Shown in pieces: positions 49,401 to 61,395 of a stretch of DNA of 64,000 nt. Under the pieces are notes generated by a model. It was not told where the DNA came from, made no database searches, and saw only the letters and a list, made by a program, of their open reading frames with translations. Made by a program: the position numbers and the translations under genes. Source of the stretch: Candidatus Krumholzibacteriia bacterium (lineage in GTDB: Bacteria > Krumholzibacteriota > Krumholzibacteriia > Krumholzibacteriales > Krumholzibacteriaceae); contig CAWIIQ010000001.1 of assembly GCA_963836185.1 (NCBI GenBank), positions 1,152,001 to 1,216,000 on the forward strand, written 5' to 3'. Every line of letters starts with the position of its first letter. Within the stretch, counting starts at the first letter, position 1.

Positions 49401-50897
49401 GAACGGGTACCCGCACTGTTCGGCCGGCTCCGTAAGAGCCCGCCTGAGATCGTCTCCCGTCAATGGACCGAGAGGGATGAGCGATTTGAAGATGTTCCTG
49501 AGTGATGGAAATTCATGGCAGGAGAAGAGAAAATCGTCTCTCATAGAGAGGAGGATGCGTACGTCCGCATCCCGCGACAGGCGGTCCAGCAGTTCGGTGA
49601 ACTGCGACTGGACCTCGCGAGAATTAATGGTAAACAGCTCCTCGAACTGGTCGAGTATGAGCAGTGCCTCGTCATGGAGTCTTCGCCAGCGTGTGAATGC
49701 GGACAGTGTCGCATCAATCTGGTCATCACCAAGGAGATCCCTTATCGCGTCTGTGTCACCGGCCAGCTCGGGGACCAGTGCCTGGCGAAGCGCAAGGAAG
49801 GGAGAACTGCCGGGTGTGCAGATCATGACGCCCCACCCCTCAGGGCGGACAGGTATCACCCCAGCCCTGAGAAAGGAGGTCTTTCCTGTCCCGGACGGAC
49901 CGATGACAGCCTGAAGCTTGTACTGCGGAATACTCCGCCATATAGATTCTATCTCTGCCTCACGTCCGTAGAAGAACCCTGCTTCAGCCTCAGTGAAGCT
50001 AGCCAGTCCGGGGTAGGGGCGGCCCGCCGCGCGAGCCGTCACGTCGACAAGCGCCGCCGTGCTGCGGCCCATAGCCGGCATCAATATCGAACTGACCGTC
50101 TGGAGATCGTTGAGCAGGTCCTGGGCGCTCTGGTACCTTTCCTCCGGCGCCTTGGCCAGGCAGGTCAATATTATCCTCTGCAGTTCCTCTGGTACATCTA
50201 CGCCAAGTTCGGCCATAGAGGGTGGATCGTTGTTGATTATCGAGTAGACGACTGCCTGCTGGTAATCCCCGGTGAACGGGACTCTTCCTGTCACCATCTC
50301 GTACAGCACCACGCCCATCGACCAGAGGTCGGTGCGCTGATCGACCTCGTTCCCCTGTATCTGTTCGGGGGACATATAGGTGACAGTTCCGAGGATATCG
50401 CCTGCTTGGGTAATCCTTGTCTGGCCGGTAAGCATCGCCAGGCCGAAATCGACGATCTTGACGAGGCCGTCTGAGGTGATAAGCACATTTCCCGGCTTGA
50501 TGTCACGGTGGACGATCCCTCGCTGATGAGCCTTGGTAAGGCCCTGGACTATCTGTTGCGCGATGGAGAGGGCGCCCTCCGTTTCGATCGGGCCAGAGAC
50601 GACGAGGTCCCCGACCGAATCCCCCTCGTAGTAAGCCATAGCGAGGAAGAGCCTTTCGTCGTCCGTCTCGTCGATCTCGAAGATCGTGCAGATGTTGGGG
50701 TGATCGAGGGCCGAGGCTGTCTGAGCCTCCTTGACAAACCGCTGCTTCGCTTCAGTGCTTTTGACCAGATCGGCGGGCAGGAACTTCAGTGCCACCTCGC
50801 GCTCGAGCTTCGTGTCCTGAGCGCGGTATACGACACCCATACCTCCCTCGCCGAGCTTCTCGAGGATCCGGTAATGCGATACGATCTCACCGATCAT
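46459..50897 (-). CDS. Ser/Thr kinase - nSTAND1 NTPase - TM - WD40 propeller protein, frameshifts at ~48850, ~47680 and ~47100
   Basis: LGEGGMG, VALK, HRDIKPGN, DFG; PYPGLASF, GPSGTGKTS, LDQFEELF, LPLL, VHESL; hydrophobic helix; repeats GH...VRIW, AH...LRIWD, LRLW; four successive ORFs. Confidence 0.88.
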
Positions 50898-50984
50898 CTT
50901 AATATTCCCCTCTTGATAGTAAGAACGTGATCAGACGATTTTCAGGTTGTTGATAATTCAGCCACTTGTCCCTAGGCTGAGCAG

Positions 50985-51013
50985 ATTGTATGGGAATCCC
51001 GGTCTTTTGTCAA
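50985..51013 (-). promoter_or_regulatory. Sigma70 promoter of the kinase gene
   Basis: TTGACA-N17-TACAAT on the minus strand. Confidence 0.75.
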
Positions 51014-51155
51014 CGATGGCCTTGTGGGGGGAAGAATGACTTCCAGGTGATATTCGTTGATTCTCCCTTGATTCTGTGATACTATTTCATCAGTTAAGCG
51101 GCTGAATCTTGCACATTAACATTTTTTTATCTTCTGCCAGTAAGGGGAAACTGTC

Positions 51156-54100
51156 ATGAGATCACTCCAGTGCGTATTCGCGATCGCGATAGTATTCATC
51201 TGTTCGGGATCCACCGTATTTTCAAAGGATATCCATAAAGATATCCGCAGTTACAGACTGATAGAAACACACCAGACAGAATACTTTCTCGCGGATCCTG
51301 GACAACAGCCCCTTAAAGCTTCCGCGGCTGTCGATACCTTCTGCATCGTATGGTACGATTTTGAGATAAGGGACTGGCAGGGGTGGACGAAATATGAAGG
51401 AACAGCTCAAGTAGACACCTTTTTCCATGTAGACGATTTCACCGGCCTGGATGGTGGGGACTTCGGTCGCCTTGTTCCCCTCGAAGGTACAGGTCGTTGT
51501 GGTGCGGCACCGGGCCAGGCATGGATGACTATCTCTGCTCATGGCGCAAATGCGCCGGGTTATGGCTACGCCTGGAAACAGATATGCTGCTCGGATCCAA
51601 TATATTTTTCAGGAATGCTGAGCTGGTCGTTCAAGTGCGTCTTTGATTCAGAACCGGATTACGATTGTACATACATCGAATATGATGCAGGTGACGGTAA
51701 CTGGGTCGAACTGGATCGTTTCTCAAGTGTGGACACTCTCGTAGCTGAGTATAACCTTCAGTTGACCCAGGCTGCAACGAAGCTTCGGTACCGGTTCGTT
51801 TCTGATTATGCCTATGACGATGAGGACGGAAAGATTGATACTGATGGTGCCATCATTGTCGACAGTATTACAGTTAGAGATGACTATGGCGTGATCGATT
51901 ACGAGGATTTCGAGGCCTACCCGTCCGGATCGAAACGCGATCTCGGTATCTGGAATCCTTCTGTGCCCGAACCCTTCGGAAACTTCTCCGCCCTGGCGAA
52001 TAACCTCATCGACAAGGACCCATGTGCGGATAATTACAGCACCCAGGTGATCTTCTTCAGCGGTTCGCCGTACCCGAGCTCCGATTATCCCGGCCTGTAT
52101 GATACGCCTTTCTGTACCGGGCCGGGTGGAATAGCCGGGCCGTGTCAGGAAGATTACATAGTATCTCCAGTAATCGACATGAAGAGATATTCCACGAACT
52201 GTGATGAGAACCAGGATGCGGTTATTCCTCCTGCCGAAGCGGAGCAGCTCGGAGGAGCCCTGCTGGGTTTCGATGTCTACCGTGATCTGCCCTCTGAGAA
52301 CCTCGTATACTACTACTGGGGTTTTCGCAACTATGACGAGTCTGGCTGCCCCGGCAGATGGATGACTCGCGCATTCTACTATGGCTCCGATCAGGCATAT
52401 GTCTCCCACGAACTTGAGGTTACTGACCTGGTCAGCCCAAATCCGATCCAGTTCTTAATTGGAGCAGTCGATATGTGCTCCTATTGGTATCAAGGTTCTG
52501 GCGATTGCGCGGCTCACACGCCCTCACCATATCTTGACAATATCCGCATCCGTCGCTACAAGACCAGCGGTCCGATCTGGCTGTCATGGGACGTAGATCT
52601 CTTTAATGACACGTTTCCCGAGGAGAACGCCGCCAGCATGGATCCGATGGAAGAATTCTGCCGTGCCGACCCGTCGTGGTACGACTCCTGTTTCGTGACC
52701 TGCACGGCACCACTTGCGAGTGGCCTGGACACTCTGACTACCGGTGAAGCGCGTGTCTACTGTCATGTGAAAGTCCACTTTTTAGGCCCTGATGGAAAGC
52801 CCGACATAACGGGCGCCCCTCTCGAGGGATCACGTGGTACGTATGTCAGTGAAGACGGTGACTGGACGATCCTGCTTTGTGAGGCCGTTTATGATGTTGG
52901 AGGCCAGCCTGTACCCAACGGTTATTGCATAGATCTGAACGATTCACTCTTTACGCGCGGGTACATGGTCGAATACTACTTCAAGGCATGGGACCTCGAT
53001 GGAATATCCTCGACATATCCCGGAAATGCCGAAGCATCTGACGGTGACCGTTTCGAGTTTACCTGCCTTCCGACTCTCAGGCAGGTTCCCGGCGTCCTTC
53101 ATTACGACAGTGGTTTCGGGGATATAGGCGAGGTATATTTTGATACGGCGTTCGAGGCGGTAATTCCTGCCGGCGAGCCTGTGCCCGACAGATACGACCG
53201 CTCTCAAAGTATCAGCACCAAGACCTCAATAATTGACGGAACATCGATCTTCTGTCAGGCCTATAATACTGTCATCCTCGAGTCCAGTTACGGAGGGATC
53301 ACAGATGGCATTCCATATGAAGATAGTAATGACGCCGAGTTTCTTGTGGACTGGATGAATGCTTCAGATCACAAGGTCGGGCTGCTGATAATGGGCGACT
53401 ATGTGGCACAACAGCTTTCCAGCTCTACTTCTGCCTCCGCCCTCGAGTTGATGGGCGCTGTCTGCGGTGTCTCGTTTGAAAACGGCAGTTATTATGATGC
53501 TACCGGCGGAGTTTTAAATGGAGGGGTAGTGACTCCCCTTGTCACAGGTTTTGCCGGCGGTCCATACAGCTGGCCTCAGCTATTACTGCACACGGCGGTT
53601 GTCCGGGAATCGCTGACTTCGATGTCCTTGATAAGACAGTTAACAGTGAATATGCGCTGCAGTATCAGGACCACAACAGCCAACATTATTACGCCGGAAT
53701 CTACACGGACCAGTCGAACAACGTCGGTCATCCTCTCCGCACCGTATGGGCAGGGCACAGCTTCACCACTATCCGCGATGTCGAGAACGGGACGCCCGCC
53801 CGGAACGAGTTCTGAAGAAGACCTTCGAGTTCTTCCAGAACGGTGTAAGCGGCGATTATACCGGCACAAAGATTCCAAAGGCTTACAGCCTGGATCAGAA
53901 CTTCCCCAACCCGTTCAACCCGTCCACGCGCATCCAGTTCGCGCTGCCGGGAAAAGGGCATGTGAGCCTGAAGATCTACAATGTGGCCGGACAGCTGGTG
54001 AGGACATTGCAGGATGGTGTCATGGATGCCGGTCATCATGAACTCACCTGGGATGGATCGAACAGTATGGGCAATAGCGTCGCATCCGGTGTCTACTTCT

Positions 54101-54159
54101 ACAGGATCAATGCCGGCGATGACTTTGAGAGTGTCAGGAAGATGGTGTTGTTGAGGTGA
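51156..54159 (+). CDS. Large secreted Cys/Asp-rich protein with FlgD-Ig-like tail, several frameshifts (~51490/51548, ~53575, ~53812)
   Basis: Signal peptide; DSEPDYD and LRYRFVSD beta-sandwich motifs; tail YSLDQNFPNPFNPST...IYNVAGQLVR...WDG...SGVYFYR...KMVLLR in ORF 53746-54159. Confidence 0.82.
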
Positions 54160-54196
54160 TTTCCGGCTCCAGCCCAAGGTGACAAAAATGCCCTGA

Positions 54197-54240
54197 TCGT
54201 CTCCGACATCTGGCCCGATATCGAGAAGGCGAGGGGGAGC
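54197..54240 (+). repeat. Direct repeat copy 2 (displaced 3' end of C1 peptidase gene)
   Basis: Matches 46386-46430; followed directly by TGA AAT AA. Confidence 0.95.
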
Positions 54241-54412
54241 TGAAATAATGCGGCACCCGGCTGATTAACTGTCTTGGCAGTTGACCGGGGCAGCCGCTGT
54301 TTCTATATTGAAGGCGAGATGGAGGCTCGCCTCGGAGCCGGATGTTATCCGGACCGGACGGGAGTGTATAAGATACGCCACCCGTTGATGACCCCGCCGG
54401 GAAGAGAGATCA

Positions 54413-56641
54413 ATGGTAAGGAGCAGATACCTGTATATAGCGGCTGCTGCCGTCATCGGCCTGATATCTATGGTCGCCGGCTGTTCGAATACAGTCTACA
54501 CGGGAGAGTACGAGAAGAACAAGGCGCCGGAGGTCTGGCTCTCGAGCGGTCCCGTCGAAGGGGACACGACCAGTTACCAGGTGCATTTCTACTGGGGCGG
54601 GTGGGACCCGGACGGGGAGATAGACCATTTTGAATTCATCGTGGCCGACGGAGATCCGATCGGATTCAATCCCGCGGACACTGTCGGGATCGAAAACTGG
54701 TTCATTACGACCTCCTACGACAGTGTGATCATGGTCTCGGCAAACGAGAACCCGAGACCGTTCGAACCGAATGAGCTATATACGAAATATGACAGGACTC
54801 ATACTTTCTTCATCCGCGGTGTTGATAAGCAGGGGAAGAAGTCCGAGGTCATAACGAGGTCGTTTACCGCGTGGACACTCGCGCCGTTCGCCCAGATAAC
54901 ACATCCCGAAGGCTCGGTCAGGACATACAGCAATGTCATAACCTTCCGCTGGGAGGGAAGGGACCCCATCGACAGCCCTTCAAACTACCAGCATCCGGAC
55001 TCGATCAGGACGTTATGGTCTCAGGTGGTCACCCATGAAGGCATTTACGATCCATCTTTCAATATAATCTATGACCTCAACCAGAATCCGGAGTGGTACG
55101 AATCCCTCTGGAGCCCCTGGATCTGGTACAGAGCCGAAGGTGATTCGGGAACCATGACGATTCTGGGTGACGACGAGATCCTCGAGATGAATCACTCGCA
55201 CATCTTCGCGGTACAGGCCAAGGATGAGGCCGGGGCCGTGACGGCGGTCTTCAGAAGTAACCAGAATGTCAGGCAGTTTCTTGTCTCCAAGAAACAGGGG
55301 CCGTTGCTGACGATCACAGAGCCGTTTCTCGGGGGATACAAGTTCCTCGGCCTTATTCTCAATGCAGTACAGGTCGAGCTTCCCCCTGGTGTCGAACTTA
55401 ACTTCTGCTGGACGGCTGATGCGAGCAGTTACGGTGGAGAGATCAAAAGCTTCAGGTATGGATGGGACATCCAGCAACTGGACGATCCTACCCAGTGGGC
55501 AGTCGATCCGAGTCCCTTCCACAGATGTGCCGCTCCCAGGACCTGGTACAGCGGCATTCACACATTATACGTAGAGGCAGTCGACACGGGCAACAAGGTG
55601 ACTCTGGGAAGGATCGAGGTAGAGGTCATACCGTTTTCGATGGAGAGGACTCTCCTCTGGGTCGATGACTGGGCGCTGGGAGATTATCCTCTGCCCAACA
55701 TGATGCTTCCCGACGAGGATACTCACGATGAATTCTGGACCGATATCTGCTCCAAGGACCCGGCGTTCATACCAGCCAGAGATATCTATGACTGCAGTTC
55801 GTATAACAACCTCCCTCCGGAGATGCGTATAGTCGGCAGATACCAGAACATAATCTGGACGTACGGCAACTCCCAGGAAGGTGCGCTGCAGAATGTGATC
55901 AGGTTTGTCCCCGAATCCATGATCGGGGAGGGCACGACCGTTCTAGTAAATTATCTGGCTTTATTTCTCCTGAGGGGCGGTCATCTCTGGACCAGCGGAA
56001 GATCGGATCTCGCGTCGGGCGGCCTCGCGGTCACGTTCACCCGGGCTCCCCAGTATCCGGCATCCTTCAAGTTCGACCAGGCGGCTGTTGAGTCCGACAC
56101 GAGCGGCGTGGACTGCATGGCGTACAGGGATTTCTGCCTGTCGGTGATCGATAAGGTGGTAGGCACTTTCCGTACGGGCTTTGAGATGCCTGTGCGAAGG
56201 CTTGATCAGGACGCGCTGAGCTATTGTGTGATCGATCCTGACAGTGCGACTAACGCAAATTATCCGGGACTTCCTTCCAAACTTACCCTGAGTGAAGAAG
56301 TGACGCAGCCGGGGATGTTCTTCGATCCGATGCTGAGAGGATTCCATTACGTCGAGATATACGATCCGTCCTACTGGATCGAGACAAGAGGGATAAATCA
56401 GCAGGGATGCTTCCATCCGATGTACAGGATGAGGACGCGCAACACGAGATCGCCTCTCGATGAGGAGACAGTCGCGATCTGGATAGACAAGTACTCATAT
56501 GTGATTCCCGAGGGGGCCGGGCCGCCGGCCAAGGCGGCCAGCAGTGTTCACTTCGGCCTGCCTTTATGGTTCTTCAGGCATGCGGCAGTCGATTCTATCG
56601 CCAATGTCGTATTCGAGGAGTGGGGCCTGACCGGAGAGTAG
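54413..56641 (+). CDS. Hypothetical lipoprotein with three FN3/Ig-like repeats and a C-terminal alpha/beta domain
   Basis: Lipobox MVAG-C; three F.W...H.(F/L).(V/I)..vD..G repeats; LLWVDD start of C-terminal domain. Confidence 0.8.
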   Translation: MVRSRYLYIAAAAVIGLISMVAGCSNTVYTGEYEKNKAPEVWLSSGPVEGDTTSYQVHFYWGGWDPDGEIDHFEFIVADGDPIGFNPADTVGIENWFITTSYDSVIMVSANENPRPFEPNELYTKYDRTHTFFIRGVDKQGKKSEVITRSFTAWTLAPFAQITHPEGSVRTYSNVITFRWEGRDPIDSPSNYQHPDSIRTLWSQVVTHEGIYDPSFNIIYDLNQNPEWYESLWSPWIWYRAEGDSGTMTILGDDEILEMNHSHIFAVQAKDEAGAVTAVFRSNQNVRQFLVSKKQGPLLTITEPFLGGYKFLGLILNAVQVELPPGVELNFCWTADASSYGGEIKSFRYGWDIQQLDDPTQWAVDPSPFHRCAAPRTWYSGIHTLYVEAVDTGNKVTLGRIEVEVIPFSMERTLLWVDDWALGDYPLPNMMLPDEDTHDEFWTDICSKDPAFIPARDIYDCSSYNNLPPEMRIVGRYQNIIWTYGNSQEGALQNVIRFVPESMIGEGTTVLVNYLALFLLRGGHLWTSGRSDLASGGLAVTFTRAPQYPASFKFDQAAVESDTSGVDCMAYRDFCLSVIDKVVGTFRTGFEMPVRRLDQDALSYCVIDPDSATNANYPGLPSKLTLSEEVTQPGMFFDPMLRGFHYVEIYDPSYWIETRGINQQGCFHPMYRMRTRNTRSPLDEETVAIWIDKYSYVIPEGAGPPAKAASSVHFGLPLWFFRHAAVDSIANVVFEEWGLTGE

Positions 56642-56644
56642 GGG

Positions 56645-58612
56645 ATGGACTTCCGGATGCATCCATTTTTCAGGATGACTCGTAAAAGATCTGAAGACCG
56701 GGAGCGCTCCTCCCGGTCTTGTTTCTCCATGTATCTTCCATTGCTGCTCATCTGTCTCGCTGTTGTGGCGGGACCCGCATACGGGGATGCTGTCCTGACT
56801 GTCAACATCACAGACGCTGACAGCGGAGACCCGGTCGCCGCCAGATGCAGCGTTTTCGACAGTCTCGGTCAGAGCTGGTATCCCTATATCTACAGGTCGC
56901 TCTACCACACGTATGAAGAGGGGTACTTCTACGGAGACGGGGATTTCGCCCTGTCGGTCCCGGGGGGGAGGACGATCATCAGGATCGCCAGGGGGCCCGA
57001 ATACTATCCTCTCATCGATACGCTCATGATCTATGGAGACACGACTGTGACCCGCAGCATAGAGAGGTTTGTCGATATGAGAGGGGCGGGATGGTACAGC
57101 GGTGACGTGGAGGTCCATATAGACCATATCGGAGGGCTCTTCAACCTCGACCCGGCGGACGCGCACTGGATCGGACGGGCGGAGGACCTGCATTTTGTGA
57201 ACTGCCTCGACAACGGATTTTACTTCACGGGCGAAAAGGACACGGTCAGTACGGAGGATTGTGTCGTCTACATGTCCGAGGAACTGCGAAGCTTTGTCTA
57301 CGGGCATTGCGCGCTGCCGGGACTTAAAAGACTGATCGAGCCCTTCTCTCCAGGCTGGGCAACTCTCCTTATGGATGTCGCGGATTCGGTTCACGTTCAG
57401 GTTGGCCCGCTGATGATATGTTCCCACCCCGTCACGACGGACGACTTCTATCAGATCGAGGACTGGCCGGGATCCGGACTCGGCAGGGAACTGCCTGTCG
57501 ACGTGATCAGCGGGAGGGTAGACGCGCTGGAGGTGATGAGCTACTCGAACCTCAACGGCGGTATCGAGCTTGATATGTGGTACAAGCTTCTCAATTGCGG
57601 ATTCAGGATGCCTCCCTGCGCCGGCAGTGACGCCGCGGTGAACAGGTCCGGTGACGCGCCGATGGGCGGATTCAGGGTCTATGTCGAACATGAAGGGGGC
57701 GCGCCCGATATCTACCAGTGGCTCGACGGGATGGCGGCCGGGAGGGCCTTTGTCACGAATGGCCCCCTGTTTACCGAGTTCGACATGCTCGGATCATGGG
57801 GGATGGGAGACAGCCTCGATGTCTACAGGAATACCTACAAGATCGTCCTCGATGTCACGGCGGAATGCGCATTTCCAATGGACCGGGTCGATATAGTAAT
57901 GAACGGAAGGGTCGTAGATACGATCCTTCCGGATGGGGACTCCCGGGTCATATCTGGAAGGAGCAAATTCTTTATATACGAGAGCTGCTGGATAGCAGCC
58001 ATGGCCTCCGGTCCGGCAGGGGACTGGGTGACTATAGGTGATGAATTGTTTGCCCATACGGGTCCGTTCTATTTCGACTATGACGGCGAGCATGTCTGCC
58101 GGACCGAATCGGTCATCTTTTTCGCGGAGTGGGTCGATTCGCTTATCGCGCTTACCCTCGAGAAGGGGGAGTGGGTGGATCCAGGCGATTCGATCAGTGC
58201 TCTGGAAAGACTGATCGCGGCGAGGGAGTGGTACCTGAACCTCCTCGGCATCACTACAGGTACGGAAGAGATTTCAGCGGGTGCGGTTCCAGCAGCCCCT
58301 GTGATGATTGTCCATCCAAATCCTTTTTCTGATTCTGCCGAGATCAGTTTTGAGGCGGTTCCCGATCTGGAAGCTGGAGGAGGCGCGTCGATGTCGCCTT
58401 CAGCCGATGCTGCCGGAAAGGAATTGACCATATACGATCTCTCCGGCAGGACGGTCAGGAGATTGAGCATCGGCGCGGCAGCTTCAGGACGATATTCGGT
58501 GACCTGGGACGGGCGAAACGATGCCGGCAAGGAGGCTGCGAGCGGGATCTATTTCTGCCGTTTCAGAAACGGTTCGGCCGGGTCTTCGGCCAAAATGCTG
58601 CTCATCCGGTAA
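56645..58612 (+). CDS. CehA/McbA-family (PHP-like) metallohydrolase with FlgD-Ig-like tail; start could be 56729
   Basis: RGPEY, GWYSGDVEVH, WYKLLNCG, AGSD, GRAFVTNGP, AHTGP; HPNPFS...IYDLSGRTVR...WDGRN...SGIYF tail. Confidence 0.85.
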   Translation: MDFRMHPFFRMTRKRSEDRERSSRSCFSMYLPLLLICLAVVAGPAYGDAVLTVNITDADSGDPVAARCSVFDSLGQSWYPYIYRSLYHTYEEGYFYGDGDFALSVPGGRTIIRIARGPEYYPLIDTLMIYGDTTVTRSIERFVDMRGAGWYSGDVEVHIDHIGGLFNLDPADAHWIGRAEDLHFVNCLDNGFYFTGEKDTVSTEDCVVYMSEELRSFVYGHCALPGLKRLIEPFSPGWATLLMDVADSVHVQVGPLMICSHPVTTDDFYQIEDWPGSGLGRELPVDVISGRVDALEVMSYSNLNGGIELDMWYKLLNCGFRMPPCAGSDAAVNRSGDAPMGGFRVYVEHEGGAPDIYQWLDGMAAGRAFVTNGPLFTEFDMLGSWGMGDSLDVYRNTYKIVLDVTAECAFPMDRVDIVMNGRVVDTILPDGDSRVISGRSKFFIYESCWIAAMASGPAGDWVTIGDELFAHTGPFYFDYDGEHVCRTESVIFFAEWVDSLIALTLEKGEWVDPGDSISALERLIAAREWYLNLLGITTGTEEISAGAVPAAPVMIVHPNPFSDSAEISFEAVPDLEAGGGASMSPSADAAGKELTIYDLSGRTVRRLSIGAAASGRYSVTWDGRNDAGKEAASGIYFCRFRNGSAGSSAKMLLIR

Positions 58613-58648
58613 TACCGTCCCTGAATTCTTCAGTTAAAGCTGTAAACG

Positions 58649-58683
58649 AAAAAAACGGCCCCGGCTTTCGCCGGAACCGTTTC
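58649..58683 (-). terminator. Terminator downstream of tRNA-fMet (possibly bidirectional)
   Basis: AAACGGCCCCGGC-TTTC-GCCGGAACCGTTT hairpin with A7 flank. Confidence 0.7.
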
Positions 58684-58686
58684 TAT

Positions 58687-58763
<77 letters not shown>

Positions 58764-58780
58764 TCATTTCCTGCTGAATA

Positions 58781-59182
58781 TTATGGATTTACGTCTCCGT
58801 TGTCAAGCACGGTCGGTACTTTGTCTCCGTTTTTATTTGCGGGGGACACCGTGACTATTCTGTAAACTCTATCGCCCGGCCTCATATAACCGAATTTTTC
58901 CCTGGCTACCTTCTCGATTGCGAACGGGTCGTTCTCGAGTTCCGTGATGTTATTGCGCAGGTATGAAATATCACCCATGAGGATATTGTTCTCGGCTTCG
59001 AGGTCCTGGAGAGTCTTCTGTGCCTTCCAGAGGTTCCAGAGCCCCACGTCTCCTGCGATGAAGATCGCAGCGACAAGTACGATCAGACCAATGACCAGTA
59101 TCCTTGCCACACCCGGGCTTACATCGATCGTCGACCGGTGGATCCTCAGATACTTTTCACCCTGTCCCCATAGACTTTTCAT
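58781..59182 (-). CDS. ftsB: Septum formation initiator FtsB/DivIC family
   Basis: Single TM, coiled coil, IEKVAREKFGYMRPGD motif; follows eno. Confidence 0.88.
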   Translation of the reverse strand: MKSLWGQGEKYLRIHRSTIDVSPGVARILVIGLIVLVAAIFIAGDVGLWNLWKAQKTLQDLEAENNILMGDISYLRNNITELENDPFAIEKVAREKFGYMRPGDRVYRIVTVSPANKNGDKVPTVLDNGDVNP

Positions 59183-59204
59183 GACATCCCTCTAAACATT
59201 CGTC

Positions 59205-60588
<1,384 letters not shown>

Positions 60589-60747
60589 GATAAATTCTTT
60601 TCCAGCAGGAATACCTCGGAACCCGGAACCTTTTCAAATGAGATACTTTACAAGAATTGACTTTTACCGAAACTCGAGATGCTGTTATCCTTCGCGCGAC
60701 CCGGCCTGAGAAGTCAGGAATAATTATTAAAATGATTTAACACCGGG

Positions 60748-60774
60748 TGAAACATTTTTTTACCTGTTTCCGTA
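60748..60774 (+). promoter_or_regulatory. Autoregulatory ECF promoter TGAAAC-N17-CGTA (SigW-like)
   Basis: Immediately upstream of the ECF sigma GTG; matches the B. subtilis SigW boxes TGAAAC/CGTA. Confidence 0.75.
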
Positions 60775-60789
60775 GTCAGGGTGTAGACA

Positions 60790-61395
60790 GTGAGTCGGGA
60801 AGACGCACAACTGGTCAAGAGATGCCTGAGAGGAGATGAGAAGGGTTTTGAAGAACTTCTCGCGAAATACAGGAGACCGGTCTATAGCATCTGCATGCGG
60901 ATGGTCAGGAACGAGACGGATGCCGAGGACCTTGCTCAGGAAGTCTTTATCCGGACGTTCAATGTGCTCGACAGGTACAACCCTTCGTATCCTTTTTCGA
61001 GCTGGCTATACAGGATCACTTCGAACCTGTGCATCGATTTTATCCGCAAGCGCAGAAAAGGCATCGTATCTCTGGATGAGCCTGTATCTGGCGAAGAGGG
61101 CGACATGCCCCGTCAGATCGCTTCCGATACCGGCGACCCGGAGAGAGAGCTTCAGACTAGGGAGATGATGGCAGTGCTGGAAGAAGCTGTGAGTGCCCTG
61201 CCCGAACATTACCGGATCATCGTGATCCTCCGGCACCAGGAGCAGCTCTCGTACGAGGAGATCTCAGACAATCTCGGGATCCCTCTCGGCACGGTCAAGG
61301 CTCGGATACACAGGGCGAGGAATCTTATCAAAGGATTCTTTGCCGACAAAGGGATACTCGGCGAGGCCGGTAGTACAGGAGTTGATCTGCCATGA
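60790..61395 (+). CDS. ECF RNA polymerase sigma factor (SigW/RpoE-like)
   Basis: DAEDLAQEVF, FSSWLYRITSNLCIDFIRK and LSYEEI...GTVKARIHRAR motifs. Confidence 0.95.
   Translation: MSREDAQLVKRCLRGDEKGFEELLAKYRRPVYSICMRMVRNETDAEDLAQEVFIRTFNVLDRYNPSYPFSSWLYRITSNLCIDFIRKRRKGIVSLDEPVSGEEGDMPRQIASDTGDPERELQTREMMAVLEEAVSALPEHYRIIVILRHQEQLSYEEISDNLGIPLGTVKARIHRARNLIKGFFADKGILGEAGSTGVDLP

Larger units (their letters stand above)
46431..54196. mobile_element. Putative integrated islet bounded by direct repeats, no integrase
   Basis: Flanking 44/45-bp repeat; visibly lower GC in the WD40 and FlgD-tail genes; two divergent cargo genes. Confidence 0.6.

Noticed and set aside
54241-58686. Possible island integrated at the tRNA-fMet 3' end
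   Set aside because: I found no duplicate of the tRNA 3' end and no integrase in the window.
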